A DNA stretch of 64,000 nucleotides, taken from NCBI GenBank assembly GCA_035532735.1, contig DATKQM010000013.1, positions 34,670 to 98,669 of the forward strand, given 5' to 3'. This document shows, one piece after another, positions 39,134 to 50,167 of this stretch (positions within the stretch are counted from its first letter, which is position 1; each line of letters begins with the position of its first letter). This stretch comes from Acidimicrobiales bacterium (GTDB lineage Bacteria; Actinomycetota; Acidimicrobiia; Acidimicrobiales; UBA8190). The position numbers were made by a program, and so were the translations under genes. The notes under the pieces were generated by a model, which worked only from the letters and a program-made list of their open reading frames with translations, was not told the DNA's origin and ran no database searches.

Positions 39134-40758
39134 TGACCCCGATGGCGATGCTCGGCCTGACCGCTCCCAAGATCGCCTACCTGTCGATCCTCCCCGTGCT
39201 CGTCATGATGGGTGGGGCCGTCGCCATCCTGGCCGCCTCGTCCCTGCAGCGCCGGCGGATGGATCCCACCGTGGCCACGGTCATGGCGGTGATGACGACC
39301 CTCGCGGCGCTGTCGCTCTCGCTCGTGCAGTGGTTCGACGTCGCCAACCACGGGGCGCACGTCTCCATCGACGCGGCGGTGGTGGAGGACGGCTTCAGCT
39401 CGCTGGTGGCCGTGCTCGTGTCGTGCGCGGCCCTGCTCTCGGCGCTCGTCGCCGACGGGTGGATGCGGCGTGAGAAGGCCACGGGGCCGGAATTCCAGGC
39501 CCTCATGCTCCTCTCGGCCTCGGGGGCGATGATCATGGGCGAGGCCAACGACCTCATCGTGGTCTTCTTGGGCCTCGAGATCCTGTCCATCGCCCTCTAC
39601 GTGCTCGCCGCGATGAACGCCCGCCGGGCCGAGTCCGGCGAGGCCGCGCTCAAGTACTTCGTCCTCGGTGCGTTCTCCTCGGCGGTCTTCCTGTACGGGA
39701 TCGCGCTCGTCTACGGGGCAACCGGATCCACCAATCTCCCCCAGATCGCCGACTATCTCGCCCGGAACGTCTTGTTGCACAACGGGTTGCTCCTGGCCGG
39801 GATGGCGTTGCTGCTGGTGGGATTCGGGTTCAAGGTGGCGGCCGTGCCGTTCCATCTCTGGACTCCCGACGTCTACCAGGGGTCGCCCAGCCCGGCCACG
39901 GGCTTCATGGCGGCGGTGGCGAAGGCGGGTGGGTTCGCGGCCCTGCTGCGGGTGTTCGTCTCGTCGTTCGGGACGCTGCGGACCGACTGGCAGCCGGCGG
40001 TATGGGTGTTGGCGGCCATCACGTTGCTGCTGGGGGCGGCGGTCGCTCTGGCGCAGCGCGACATCAAGCGGATGCTCGCCTACTCGTCGATCAACCACGC
40101 CGGCTTCGTGCTGCTGGGTCTCCAGGTGGCCACGGCGCGCGGCGTGGCGGGCTCGCTCTACTACCTCTTCACCTACACCTTCATGGTCATCGGGAGCTTC
40201 GCGGTGATCACGGTGATCGGGGGCGCCGGGGACAAGGCCCATGACCTCGACCACTACAGGGGCCTGGCCGCTCGACGACCATGGCTGGCGGGCTCGTTGG
40301 GGGTCCTGCTCATGGCCCAGGCCGGCATCCCCTTCACCACGGGGTTCCTGGCCAAGTTGGAGGTGATCTCGGCGTCGGTCGGCGGCCGGTCGACGGCCCT
40401 GGCGGTCATCGCCATGGTCTCAGCCGCCATCGCGGCCTTCTTCTACCTGCGGGTCATCCTCCTCATGTACTCACCGGCGCCGGCGGTCACCACGGCCGCG
40501 GCCGAGTCGAACTCGTCGGTCTCGGTCGAGCCGGCCGGAGCCGGCGTCGGGGCGGGGCCGGCCGGCACCGAGGCGGCCGGCCCCGAGGCGGCCGGCACCC
40601 TCACCCTGGTCGAGATCTCTGAGGACCAGTCGCAGTCCCCGGTCAGCGCCACCACCATGGTCGCCATCGGGCTGTGCGTGGCGGTCACGGTGCTCTTCGG
40701 CTTGTGGCCGGCCCCGGTCGTGGACTTCGCCCACAAGGCCACGCTCCTGTTCACATAG
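39133..40758 (+). CDS. nuoN: NADH-quinone oxidoreductase subunit N
   Basis: Starts MTPMAMLGLTAPKIAY (ATG overlaps the nuoM stop). Contains GFKVAAVPFHLWTPDVYQGSPSPATGFMAAVAKAGGFAAL. A low-complexity insert lies before the last TM helix. Confidence 0.93.
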   Translation: MTPMAMLGLTAPKIAYLSILPVLVMMGGAVAILAASSLQRRRMDPTVATVMAVMTTLAALSLSLVQWFDVANHGAHVSIDAAVVEDGFSSLVAVLVSCAALLSALVADGWMRREKATGPEFQALMLLSASGAMIMGEANDLIVVFLGLEILSIALYVLAAMNARRAESGEAALKYFVLGAFSSAVFLYGIALVYGATGSTNLPQIADYLARNVLLHNGLLLAGMALLLVGFGFKVAAVPFHLWTPDVYQGSPSPATGFMAAVAKAGGFAALLRVFVSSFGTLRTDWQPAVWVLAAITLLLGAAVALAQRDIKRMLAYSSINHAGFVLLGLQVATARGVAGSLYYLFTYTFMVIGSFAVITVIGGAGDKAHDLDHYRGLAARRPWLAGSLGVLLMAQAGIPFTTGFLAKLEVISASVGGRSTALAVIAMVSAAIAAFFYLRVILLMYSPAPAVTTAAAESNSSVSVEPAGAGVGAGPAGTEAAGPEAAGTLTLVEISEDQSQSPVSATTMVAIGLCVAVTVLFGLWPAPVVDFAHKATLLFT

Positions 40759-40774
40759 GGCGTCGGGCCCGGCA

Positions 40775-40795
40775 GCGGCCCCCCAGGGGGTCCGC
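40775..40795 (+). terminator. GC-rich hairpin just after nuoN (candidate intrinsic terminator, no U-tract)
   Basis: GCGGCCCCCC-A-GGGGGTCCGC, 10-bp arms with one mismatch. Confidence 0.3.
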
Positions 40796-40858
40796 GCTCA
40801 AGAAGCACCGGCGGCCCGCCGATGTCATTTGGGTGAACGCGTGGACCCGGCGGGCGTG

Positions 40859-42007
40859 ATGAGAGCACGACCTGAACTTGGTCTGGACGGCCAGCCTGAG
40901 CTCGTCTTCCAGCCCGCGGTCGATCTCGCCACCGGCCGATTGCTCGGCTTCGAGGCCTTCCTGCGCTGGAACGACCCCGATCTCGGCCCCATCCCGCCCA
41001 GCGTGCTCATCCCCTGGGCCGAGGCCAACGGCCACATGGTGGAGCTCAACGCCTGGGTGCTGTCCGAAGCCTGTGCCGCGGCTGTCAGCTGGCAGTCGGA
41101 CCTCCAGCTGGCGGTCAACTGTTCGGTCTTCCAGCTCCGCCAGCGCGAGGCGGCCTCGGCGGCCGCGGCGGCCATCGAGGAGTCGGGCATCAACCCCGAC
41201 CGACTCACCATCGAGATCACCGAGACCAGCGTGACCGACGCCGGCGCGGCGGCCGATCTGCATGCCATGTCGCGGTTGGGGATCCAGCTCACCGTCGACG
41301 ACATCGGGTCGGACTGGTCGACCATCGACAGCCTCCAGCAGTTTTCCATCAACACCATGAAGATCGACGGGTCGCTCATCGAGGGCCTGGGCGACACCGG
41401 CGGGGTGAGCCGGGCCATGGTGGAGACGATCGTGCACGTGAGCCACTCGCTCGGTATCTGCACCGTGGCCGAGAGCGTGGAGACCGCCCAACAGGTGAAG
41501 ATCCTGCGCGAGCTCGGAGCCGATGTGGGCCAGGGCTACTTCTTCGCCAAGCCCCTGGCCGTGGAAGACGCCCTCATGCTCACGACGATGGACCCGCTCC
41601 CGGTCTTCCCCCTCACCGAACTGGGTGAGTTCGGCGTGGAAGGTGCCGGCCATGAGGGTACTGGTCAAGACGAGCCCGGGCGCGAGAGCCTCGGGCGTGT
41701 CGATGCCAAACGCCACGAGGACTTTCACCACGACCACAGCCGCGGCGACGCAATTCGCGACGATGGCGGGGTCGACGATGAGGGGCCCGAGTCTGTCGGC
41801 GACGAGACCGACGCCTCGCGCTATGGCCGGTCGGGCATGGCGGCCGAGGTCATCGGTGCGCTCGACGACGTGGCCGAGCCCGACGCCGAAGGCGACGGTC
41901 GGGAGTACGTCGTGAGCGACGACATGCACGTCGAGGCCAACGACCTCTCGCTCGTCTCCAAGCGGGGCCGGCTCCTGGCCTCGTTCCGCAAGGGAAAATC
42001 TGCCTGA
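40859..42007 (+). CDS. Stand-alone EAL-domain protein (putative c-di-GMP phosphodiesterase) with about 140-aa acidic C-terminal tail
   Basis: Contains LVFQPAVDL, GFEAFLRW (EAF in place of EAL), ELNAWVL, LTIEITETS, LTVDDIGSD, MKIDGSLI, VAESVET and GQGYFFAKP. Alternative starts are TTG 40829 and GTG 40841. Confidence 0.85.
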   Translation: MRARPELGLDGQPELVFQPAVDLATGRLLGFEAFLRWNDPDLGPIPPSVLIPWAEANGHMVELNAWVLSEACAAAVSWQSDLQLAVNCSVFQLRQREAASAAAAAIEESGINPDRLTIEITETSVTDAGAAADLHAMSRLGIQLTVDDIGSDWSTIDSLQQFSINTMKIDGSLIEGLGDTGGVSRAMVETIVHVSHSLGICTVAESVETAQQVKILRELGADVGQGYFFAKPLAVEDALMLTTMDPLPVFPLTELGEFGVEGAGHEGTGQDEPGRESLGRVDAKRHEDFHHDHSRGDAIRDDGGVDDEGPESVGDETDASRYGRSGMAAEVIGALDDVAEPDAEGDGREYVVSDDMHVEANDLSLVSKRGRLLASFRKGKSA

Positions 42008-42029
42008 CCGGCTCTCCGCTTGACCGGCC

Positions 42030-43559
42030 CTAGAGAGGATCCAAGCCGGTGACGCCGTTGTCGGCGATGTCGGGCGTCCATGCCGTTCCGTTCCAGTAGC
42101 GGGCCTGATGGCGTCGCACCGGGTCGGCGAACCACCCTGGCCCCATCACCGGTTGCGCCGGTGGCGATGACGGGGGCGGAGCGCCTCCGCCCTGGCCGGG
42201 CGTCTCGAACGTCGGTGGCGGACCGGTGACCGAGCTGGTCGCGCTCACCGCAGCTGCCACCGACTCGCGTCGGCGCGCCCCTCGGCTGTGCGAGGCCAGC
42301 TCCTCGATCAGGCGGTCGGCCTCGTCGACGGGACGGTCCCGGAATTTCGCCCCCACCCGCCTGCCCGGAACATCCACGTGCACGGTGGCAAGGCCGAGAG
42401 CGCGCTGGACCGGGCCCTGGACGCGGCGGATGCTCTGGGCCTTGTCGAGTGGTACCCAGCACGTGACCTTCTGGACCCGGCCCGTGACTGCCACGGCCAA
42501 TGTCTCGTCATGGCCGGCGGCGAGGAAGTGGTAGCTGAGCGGCGCCTTGAGACGCGCCCGGGTGGGTGCCCTGGACCGAGGAGGCTCGATCGGGCCGACC
42601 ACGACGCGACGAAGGTAGTCCGCGGTCTGGTGCGACCCCACCGGGAGCAGGGACTTGGTGACCCGTCCGGTGCCACCGGTGCGGCCGTGTCCGGGCACAC
42701 CGGCCAGGTCGACCTCGAGCCGGCACCAACCGAAGAGGCGCCACCACAACGGCTCGATCTGTCGGACTGCCTGCACCCGGCGGATCGGGATGGTCTCCGA
42801 CACCGTGCTGAGCAGGCCGCGCCGCACCCGGATGCCGTCGGGCGCCACCGCCACGGTGAAGCGGTACTGCTCGTTGAACCGGCGCCAGATCCCCTGGCCG
42901 ATGCCCACGAGGTACACGAGCAGTGATCCCGCCAAGGCGGCCGCGGCGGTGGTCGAGACCGTCGTCACCGCGATGAGCGCGGCCACGAAGACCACGGCTC
43001 CCGCCGTGCTCGCCGAGACGAGCACGGATCCGAGGAGTCGACCGGGAGGGACCACCGCCACCGGATGCTCGCCGGGCTCGGGGACGGACTGGTCGAGGCC
43101 GTGGTGCGTGGCCAGGAGTCGGGCGCGCAGGTCCGCGGCCACCGGCGCGGACAGATACGACAGGTGGTGGGCCGACTTGGCGCCGGCCACGCGGATACGG
43201 AGCTCGGCCAAGCCGAAGACCCGCGCCACGAAGGGCTCGACCAGGTCCACGGCCTGGATCCGGGCCACGGGGAGCTGCTGGGAGTCGCGCCGCACGAGCC
43301 CCGTCTCGATCCGCAGGGTGGCGCCGTCGAAGGCCCACCGGGTCACCAACCAGTGGACGACGCCGAACACCACACCCACGACGACGAGCACCAACCAGAC
43401 GAGGTCCTGGGGGCCGACGCCGTGTGCATGGTTCCCCCGGTTGATCGTCGAGAACCCGACCAGCACGACGAGCGGCACGAGCCCCCGTGCGCCGCGCACC
43501 ACAGGAGACAACGGGTGCAGACGCTGCCACCCGACGACGACGGTGCCGTCGCCGCTCAC
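42030..43559 (-). CDS. YdbT-like membrane protein with repeated bacterial PH (bPH_2/DUF304) domains and a C-terminal DUF2510-like motif
   Basis: 509 aa. N-terminus WQRLHPLSPVVRGARGLVPLVVLV; repeated ...VRRGLLSTVSETIPIRRVQAV-type segments. C-terminus GWFADPVRRHQARYWNGTAWT. Confidence 0.8.
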   Translation of the reverse strand: MSGDGTVVVGWQRLHPLSPVVRGARGLVPLVVLVGFSTINRGNHAHGVGPQDLVWLVLVVVGVVFGVVHWLVTRWAFDGATLRIETGLVRRDSQQLPVARIQAVDLVEPFVARVFGLAELRIRVAGAKSAHHLSYLSAPVAADLRARLLATHHGLDQSVPEPGEHPVAVVPPGRLLGSVLVSASTAGAVVFVAALIAVTTVSTTAAAALAGSLLVYLVGIGQGIWRRFNEQYRFTVAVAPDGIRVRRGLLSTVSETIPIRRVQAVRQIEPLWWRLFGWCRLEVDLAGVPGHGRTGGTGRVTKSLLPVGSHQTADYLRRVVVGPIEPPRSRAPTRARLKAPLSYHFLAAGHDETLAVAVTGRVQKVTCWVPLDKAQSIRRVQGPVQRALGLATVHVDVPGRRVGAKFRDRPVDEADRLIEELASHSRGARRRESVAAAVSATSSVTGPPPTFETPGQGGGAPPPSSPPAQPVMGPGWFADPVRRHQARYWNGTAWTPDIADNGVTGLDPL

Positions 43560-44035
43560 AGACCGGCGGCTTTGGCCTCGCCCAGTGCGGCCAGGCGGTC
43601 GCGCAGTCGTGCGGCCTCGACGGGCTCGAGCCCCGGGATGCGAGCGTCACTGGCGGCCGCCGCGGTGTGGAGCTTCACCGTGGCCAGTCCGAACAGGCGC
43701 TCCACGGGTCCGGTCGTGATCTCGACGAATTGCATCCGGCCGTAGGGCACCACCGACAACCGCTGGACCATGACGCCGCGTCGGACCTCGAGGTCCTCGG
43801 CTCGTTCGAGGTATCCCCAGGCTCGGAACCGGTTATGGACGAACCACCACGCGCCGGCACCGCACAACGCCACGGCGACGATCGTGATCAACGCCACCGG
43901 TGCGCTCCCCTCTGCCCACGCCACCGAGCCGGTGGTCGCGGCGAGGACCGCAGTGATGACCGCGATCTCGGTGACCCGCATCTTCATCAGGGTCGGAGAC
44001 AGCGGAGTCCACCCTGGCGAAGCGGTGTTCGTCAC
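43556..44035 (-). CDS. YdbS-like bPH_2 domain membrane protein
   Basis: 159 aa. Two TM helices, then LEVRRGVMVQRLSVVPYGRMQFVEITTGPVERLFGLATVKLHTA. 4-bp overlap with the downstream YdbT-like gene. Confidence 0.8.
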   Translation of the reverse strand: MTNTASPGWTPLSPTLMKMRVTEIAVITAVLAATTGSVAWAEGSAPVALITIVAVALCGAGAWWFVHNRFRAWGYLERAEDLEVRRGVMVQRLSVVPYGRMQFVEITTGPVERLFGLATVKLHTAAAASDARIPGLEPVEAARLRDRLAALGEAKAAGL

Positions 44036-44044
44036 GATCCCACC

Positions 44045-44617
44045 TTATGTCGAGGTGTTCGATGGGTCGGGCACGGCGATGACATAGCGGACGTCGGTGG
44101 CCACGAAGGCACCCCAGTCGTGCACCTTTGTGGTGCCGTCAGGTCGCCAGCCCCGGCGTTCGTAGAACCGTCGGGCCCGAGCGTTGGTCCCGAGGACCCA
44201 GAGCATGGCGGTGCTGTAATGCGCCGCGCCCAGCGCGACCAGGGCAGCACTCATAAGGAGGTCGGCTCCACCTGACCCGAAGGCGGCGGGTTCGAGGTAG
44301 AAGGTGACGACCTCTCCCACGGTGTCGACGCCGGGTGCGTTGCCGAGGTCGTCGTCGCGCGTCGGACCGAACGAGACGAACCCGGTGACAGGGCCCTCGC
44401 TCGCGTCGGGCTGGGCCGGACCGAGCAGGACGATGACACCGCCACGGGGCCAGGCCGACGTGGCGAGGGTTTCTTCCCAAACCCCGATGCGGTCCTGCGC
44501 GTCCAGCGCGTCGAGATAGGACTGGGGGATCAGTCCCCGGTAGGCGCCCTTCCACGACCGGACATAGACGCCCGCGATGGACGAGGCGTCCTCGGGGCCG
44601 GCTCGTCGGATCCGCAC
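44045..44617 (-). CDS. GNAT-family N-acetyltransferase
   Basis: 190 aa. Starts MRIRRAGPEDASSIAGVYVRSW; contains ...YLEPAAFGSGGADLLMSAAL...NARARRFYERRGWRP. Confidence 0.85.
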   Translation of the reverse strand: MRIRRAGPEDASSIAGVYVRSWKGAYRGLIPQSYLDALDAQDRIGVWEETLATSAWPRGGVIVLLGPAQPDASEGPVTGFVSFGPTRDDDLGNAPGVDTVGEVVTFYLEPAAFGSGGADLLMSAALVALGAAHYSTAMLWVLGTNARARRFYERRGWRPDGTTKVHDWGAFVATDVRYVIAVPDPSNTST

Positions 44618-44666
44618 GCACCATGTCTACCGCCCCCCATCGGGGGTTCGGTGACCCGGCCCAAAC

Positions 44667-44696
44667 GCGCTCAGGCGCGCTCAGGCGCGCTTAGGC
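44667..44696. repeat. 10-bp tandem repeat x3 (GCGCTCAGGC, third copy GCGCTTAGGC) spanning the stop codon of the MprF-like gene
   Basis: Units at 44667, 44677 and 44687. Confidence 0.9.
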
Positions 44697-47600
44697 GAGT
44701 GGGGAGTGAGCGCGGGCGGTTCGGCTGTGTCCTCGGTGTCCTCGGTGTCCTCGGTGTCCTCGGTGTCCTCGGTGTCCTCGGTGTCCTCGGTGTCCTCGGT
44801 GTCCTCGGTGTCCTCGGTGAGTGGCGGGTCGAAGGGAAGCAGTGACACCCCACTCAGGGCATCGGCGTCGGGCGAGTCCCCAGCCGCATGGGCTCGGCGC
44901 TCCGATGCCGCGATCATGCGCCCGATGACCGGGACCTCGGAGAGGGACTCTGCCCGCAAGATGGCGAGGACCACAGGGACGAGATGCTCCGCGGCGTCGT
45001 AGACGACGTAGCGGGGCAGCCACTCGGGCCCGTACTTGGCGTTGAACCGCCACAGCGTCTCGATCTGAAAGAAGCTCGACATCTTCTTGAGGGCCCAGCG
45101 TTCGACGCGCTGGGTGGGACCGTCCCCCCCCGCCCCCTCGAGCACCGACCGCAATGCCGCGAAGTTGAGGCTGATGCCTTCGCAGCCCAGATTGCGGAGG
45201 TGCTCGATCGTGGACACGAGGGCGAAGTCGATGAGCCCGTTGGGGTGCTCGCCCCGGTCGCGACGCATGAGGTCCAGTGAGTAGCCGCCGATGCCCCGGG
45301 CCGGGACGAACTGGCACATCGCCGCGGGGTTGCCGTCGGGCCCGGTGACCATGCACAAGATGAGGTTCTCGTCGCGGGGGTCGAAGATCCGGCCGAGCAC
45401 CATCGAGAACCCCCGCTCGAACTCGCCGCGTCGACCCTGCGCCATGAGCCCCGCCAGCTGCAAGGCGGTGTGACGGTCGAGCCGGGCCGGGTCGTGGAAC
45501 GACACCGTGTACCCGTACTTGGCGATGCGGTTGTAGGCCTGGCGCAGTCCCTTCATCTGTCCTCCGGCCAAGGAGAACTCCTGGACGTTCACGACGGCCT
45601 CGTCACCGATGTAGATGTCGTGCATCCCCGTGGCCCGGTAGATAGGCAGCCAGTGCTCGCTGGCCCCCATCACCGTGACCACCCAGCCGCGGTTGTCGGC
45701 ATACCGACGGAACGCCCCCCACACCTGCTCTTGCTCGGCCAAGGGCCCGATGGGATCGGGCGACACCAGGCAAATGCCGCTATAGATGGCGTAGGCCACC
45801 ATCGAGTCGCGATGGAAGAACCACTGCTTGTCACTGCGCAGTGCGAAGTAGTCCAGAGTTCCCTCGCCGTGGCGCCGAACGATGTCCCGGGCGCGCACTT
45901 CCGCGGCCCGCCCCGCCGAGCGACGACGATCGACGAGTGGTCGTGTGGCCAGAAGCACCGCCGCCGCGGCGAGGGTGACGCCGATGGCGAGGAGGCTCGG
46001 AGAGAGGAAGTCGTCGAGCCGGTCGGGGAGCCCGACGTCGCGTATCCCGACGAGGCGCTCGAGGACGGCCTGGCCGGCGCGCCACACCGGCAGGCGGGGC
46101 CGGTTGAGGTCGAAGCGGAGGGTGACCTCGACCAGCGCAGTCGTGATGACGGTGATGGAGACGACACCCACGACGAGCGCGATCAGCGCCGAGCGGAGCG
46201 AGGGACGGTCCGACGCAGCCGGGAACTCCTTTCTGTTCATGACCAAGAAGGCCACGACGGCGAGCGAGAAAAGTGATTCCCCAATGTCACCACCGCGGGC
46301 CAGATGCAGCCCCACGCTGATGGCCAGCGCCCACACCGCGATCACAAAGGCCCGGCGTTGGCCCCGTCGGACGCCGCGGGCCAGCGCCAGGAGCCCGATC
46401 CCCACCAAAGCGACGAGGGCACCCGCGGTCTGACTGGCGACGTAGGGAAGCAATTCCAGGACCAGATGAAGACGTCCCCGCAACGGGGGGGTCACGGCAG
46501 TCAAGACGTCGATGACCCCTGCCACCGCAATCGCACCGGCCGCCCATCGTCGGACGCGCCGAGAGCGCTTGCGAAGCGCGCCCAGATCCGGGGCGGGGGG
46601 CCACGAGGCCCCGCTGGGATAGGCCGCCACGACCAGAGGATGGGTGTCATGGACCTTGCGTTCGCGCGCCGCCATGCGCTCGAGCAAGGTCGCCCCCGGG
46701 AGCTCGGATCTCGTGAGCAGCAGTCGGGTATGGAGCTCGGCACCGGTCTCGAGCTCCACCCAGGCCAACTGTTGGCAGGCCAGGAAGACCGGCAACAGGC
46801 CGAGCCGTCCCTGATGTTCTTCGACCACTTCTCCGGCTGCGCCGGGGCAGGCGAAGAACCCGGGGCCGAGGTGGGTCAACTCGGCCTGGAGTGTCGCCCC
46901 GCTCACGAGGCCGGCCGATCCTTGCCCGCACAGTGTCCGTGCCGCGTCGCGCACGTCGTCGTTGGCGGTGACACCGCCCGCCGCCAACGCATCGTCGAAT
47001 GGCCCGTCGAGGTCGCCTCCTCCGAGGGTCCGCCACGCCTTGCGGGCCACGAACCCGAGGACCAAGGCGAGGATCACGACCTCGGCGACGCAGACCAGCG
47101 CGGCGAAGAGCAGTCGCGCTCCCCATGCCGCAGCCTGGGCGCGTTGGATGGCACGGGAAGGGGCGGGGTGTCCGAAGACGAGATGGTCCAAGGCCGACGA
47201 GACGAAGGGGAGGCGCAGCGCGATGGCGATGGCGAAGGGGACGAGCAACCACCACGCGAAGCGTGCAAAGCGTCGGTAGAGAAGGCGCGACGTCAAAAAG
47301 CGCGGGGTGCTCGCCGGGTCCGCCAACCGCTCGAGGCCTTCCTGCCACTCCGCGGCGGGGTCAGGTGCCAGGGTGAAGGTGGAGCGGGGGGTGGCCACCG
47401 ATGGGGGAGTGTCGGGCGCGGCATCGGGACCGGGCGCCGAACCCAGGTCGGTGGCCGGCTCGGGCGGAGCGACTGAGGGCACGCCGGCGTCGACGCGGAC
47501 TACCCGGGTGCCGGCCGCGGTGGCCATGTGCAGTGCGGCGCCGGACACCACTTCGACTCCCAGACCCTCGAGCAGCGCTGCCCCGGGGGAGCCGACGGCG

Positions 47601-47968
47601 GGGTCGGTCGCGCCGGGGAGGGTGATGACGCGACGGTCCTCGGCGCCGGCGAATGCTTCGAGTGCCCGCGTCAGCCGGGGGTGGGCGGCCAACGCCGCCG
47701 AGGTCGCGGCCGCGGTGTCGGGCTCGGCGGAGAGGTCGAAGAGGTTGCCGGCGATGACGATGAGCCCGGGCCCGTCCCAGGTGTCGAGGGTCCGAGCCAG
47801 GCCCGACGAGGCCCAGGTCGTCGCCGATGTGGCGCGCGGGGTGAGACCGAGATTGGCGACGATCAGCGCCCGCCGGCCCACGTCTACCGGGACGATCAGG
47901 ATGTCTGGCCCGGGCTCGGTCGGGGGAGCGAGCACACGGGTGGGGGCCTCGGAGGCGCCGGCGACCAT
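44681..47968 (-). CDS. MprF-type aminoacyl-phosphatidylglycerol synthase homologue (TM region + DUF2156/LPG_synthase_C) with degenerate phosphoesterase-like N-terminal region and poly(TED) tail
   Basis: The C-terminal half contains [58 protein letters not shown] and [10 protein letters not shown]. At least 8 hydrophobic helices. I prefer the start at MVAGASEAP (47968) because the track start at 48148 abuts the acs start codon at 48151, leaving no divergent intergenic region. Confidence 0.75.
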   Translation of the reverse strand: MVAGASEAPTRVLAPPTEPGPDILIVPVDVGRRALIVANLGLTPRATSATTWASSGLARTLDTWDGPGLIVIAGNLFDLSAEPDTAAATSAALAAHPRLTRALEAFAGAEDRRVITLPGATDPAVGSPGAALLEGLGVEVVSGAALHMATAAGTRVVRVDAGVPSVAPPEPATDLGSAPGPDAAPDTPPSVATPRSTFTLAPDPAAEWQEGLERLADPASTPRFLTSRLLYRRFARFAWWLLVPFAIAIALRLPFVSSALDHLVFGHPAPSRAIQRAQAAAWGARLLFAALVCVAEVVILALVLGFVARKAWRTLGGGDLDGPFDDALAAGGVTANDDVRDAARTLCGQGSAGLVSGATLQAELTHLGPGFFACPGAAGEVVEEHQGRLGLLPVFLACQQLAWVELETGAELHTRLLLTRSELPGATLLERMAARERKVHDTHPLVVAAYPSGASWPPAPDLGALRKRSRRVRRWAAGAIAVAGVIDVLTAVTPPLRGRLHLVLELLPYVASQTAGALVALVGIGLLALARGVRRGQRRAFVIAVWALAISVGLHLARGGDIGESLFSLAVVAFLVMNRKEFPAASDRPSLRSALIALVVGVVSITVITTALVEVTLRFDLNRPRLPVWRAGQAVLERLVGIRDVGLPDRLDDFLSPSLLAIGVTLAAAAVLLATRPLVDRRRSAGRAAEVRARDIVRRHGEGTLDYFALRSDKQWFFHRDSMVAYAIYSGICLVSPDPIGPLAEQEQVWGAFRRYADNRGWVVTVMGASEHWLPIYRATGMHDIYIGDEAVVNVQEFSLAGGQMKGLRQAYNRIAKYGYTVSFHDPARLDRHTALQLAGLMAQGRRGEFERGFSMVLGRIFDPRDENLILCMVTGPDGNPAAMCQFVPARGIGGYSLDLMRRDRGEHPNGLIDFALVSTIEHLRNLGCEGISLNFAALRSVLEGAGGDGPTQRVERWALKKMSSFFQIETLWRFNAKYGPEWLPRYVVYDAAEHLVPVVLAILRAESLSEVPVIGRMIAASERRAHAAGDSPDADALSGVSLLPFDPPLTEDTEDTEDTEDTEDTEDTEDTEDTEDTEDTAEPPALTPHSPKRA
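44726..44815. repeat. 9-bp tandem repeat GGTGTCCTC: 9 perfect copies plus 1 imperfect, in frame (TED)n on the minus strand
   Basis: Perfect units start at 44735, 44744, ... 44807. The imperfect unit is at 44726-44734. Confidence 0.95.
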
Positions 47969-48150
47969 GCCTTTCCATCTTGGCAGTTTGGTGGCGTCTG
48001 GAGGCCAAGGACAGGGGCTTCGGCTGCCCCGGAGCGAGGGTTGGCTGGTGGGTGGCTTGTATAGGCTCGGCCCCGAGGGCACGTCGAGCCGTCCAGGCCC
48101 CGCCCCGGGCACGCAGAGCCGCCCATCCTGGTCAGAAGGGATCGCCAAGC

Positions 48151-50121
<1,971 letters not shown>

Positions 50122-50167
50122 GCCCGGGTCGACCGACGGTGCAGACGTGACAGAGGGCGTGGCGACA

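Noticed and set aside
44726-44815. Possible CRISPR array
   Set aside because: The units are only 9 bp, directly abutting with no spacers. They lie inside a coding region, and there are no cas genes in the window.
44651-44853. Small ORFs reading the 9-bp repeat as (GVL)n or (PRT)n
   Set aside because: They are alternative-frame or alternative-strand readings of the microsatellite inside the long MprF-like ORF, with no independent start signals.
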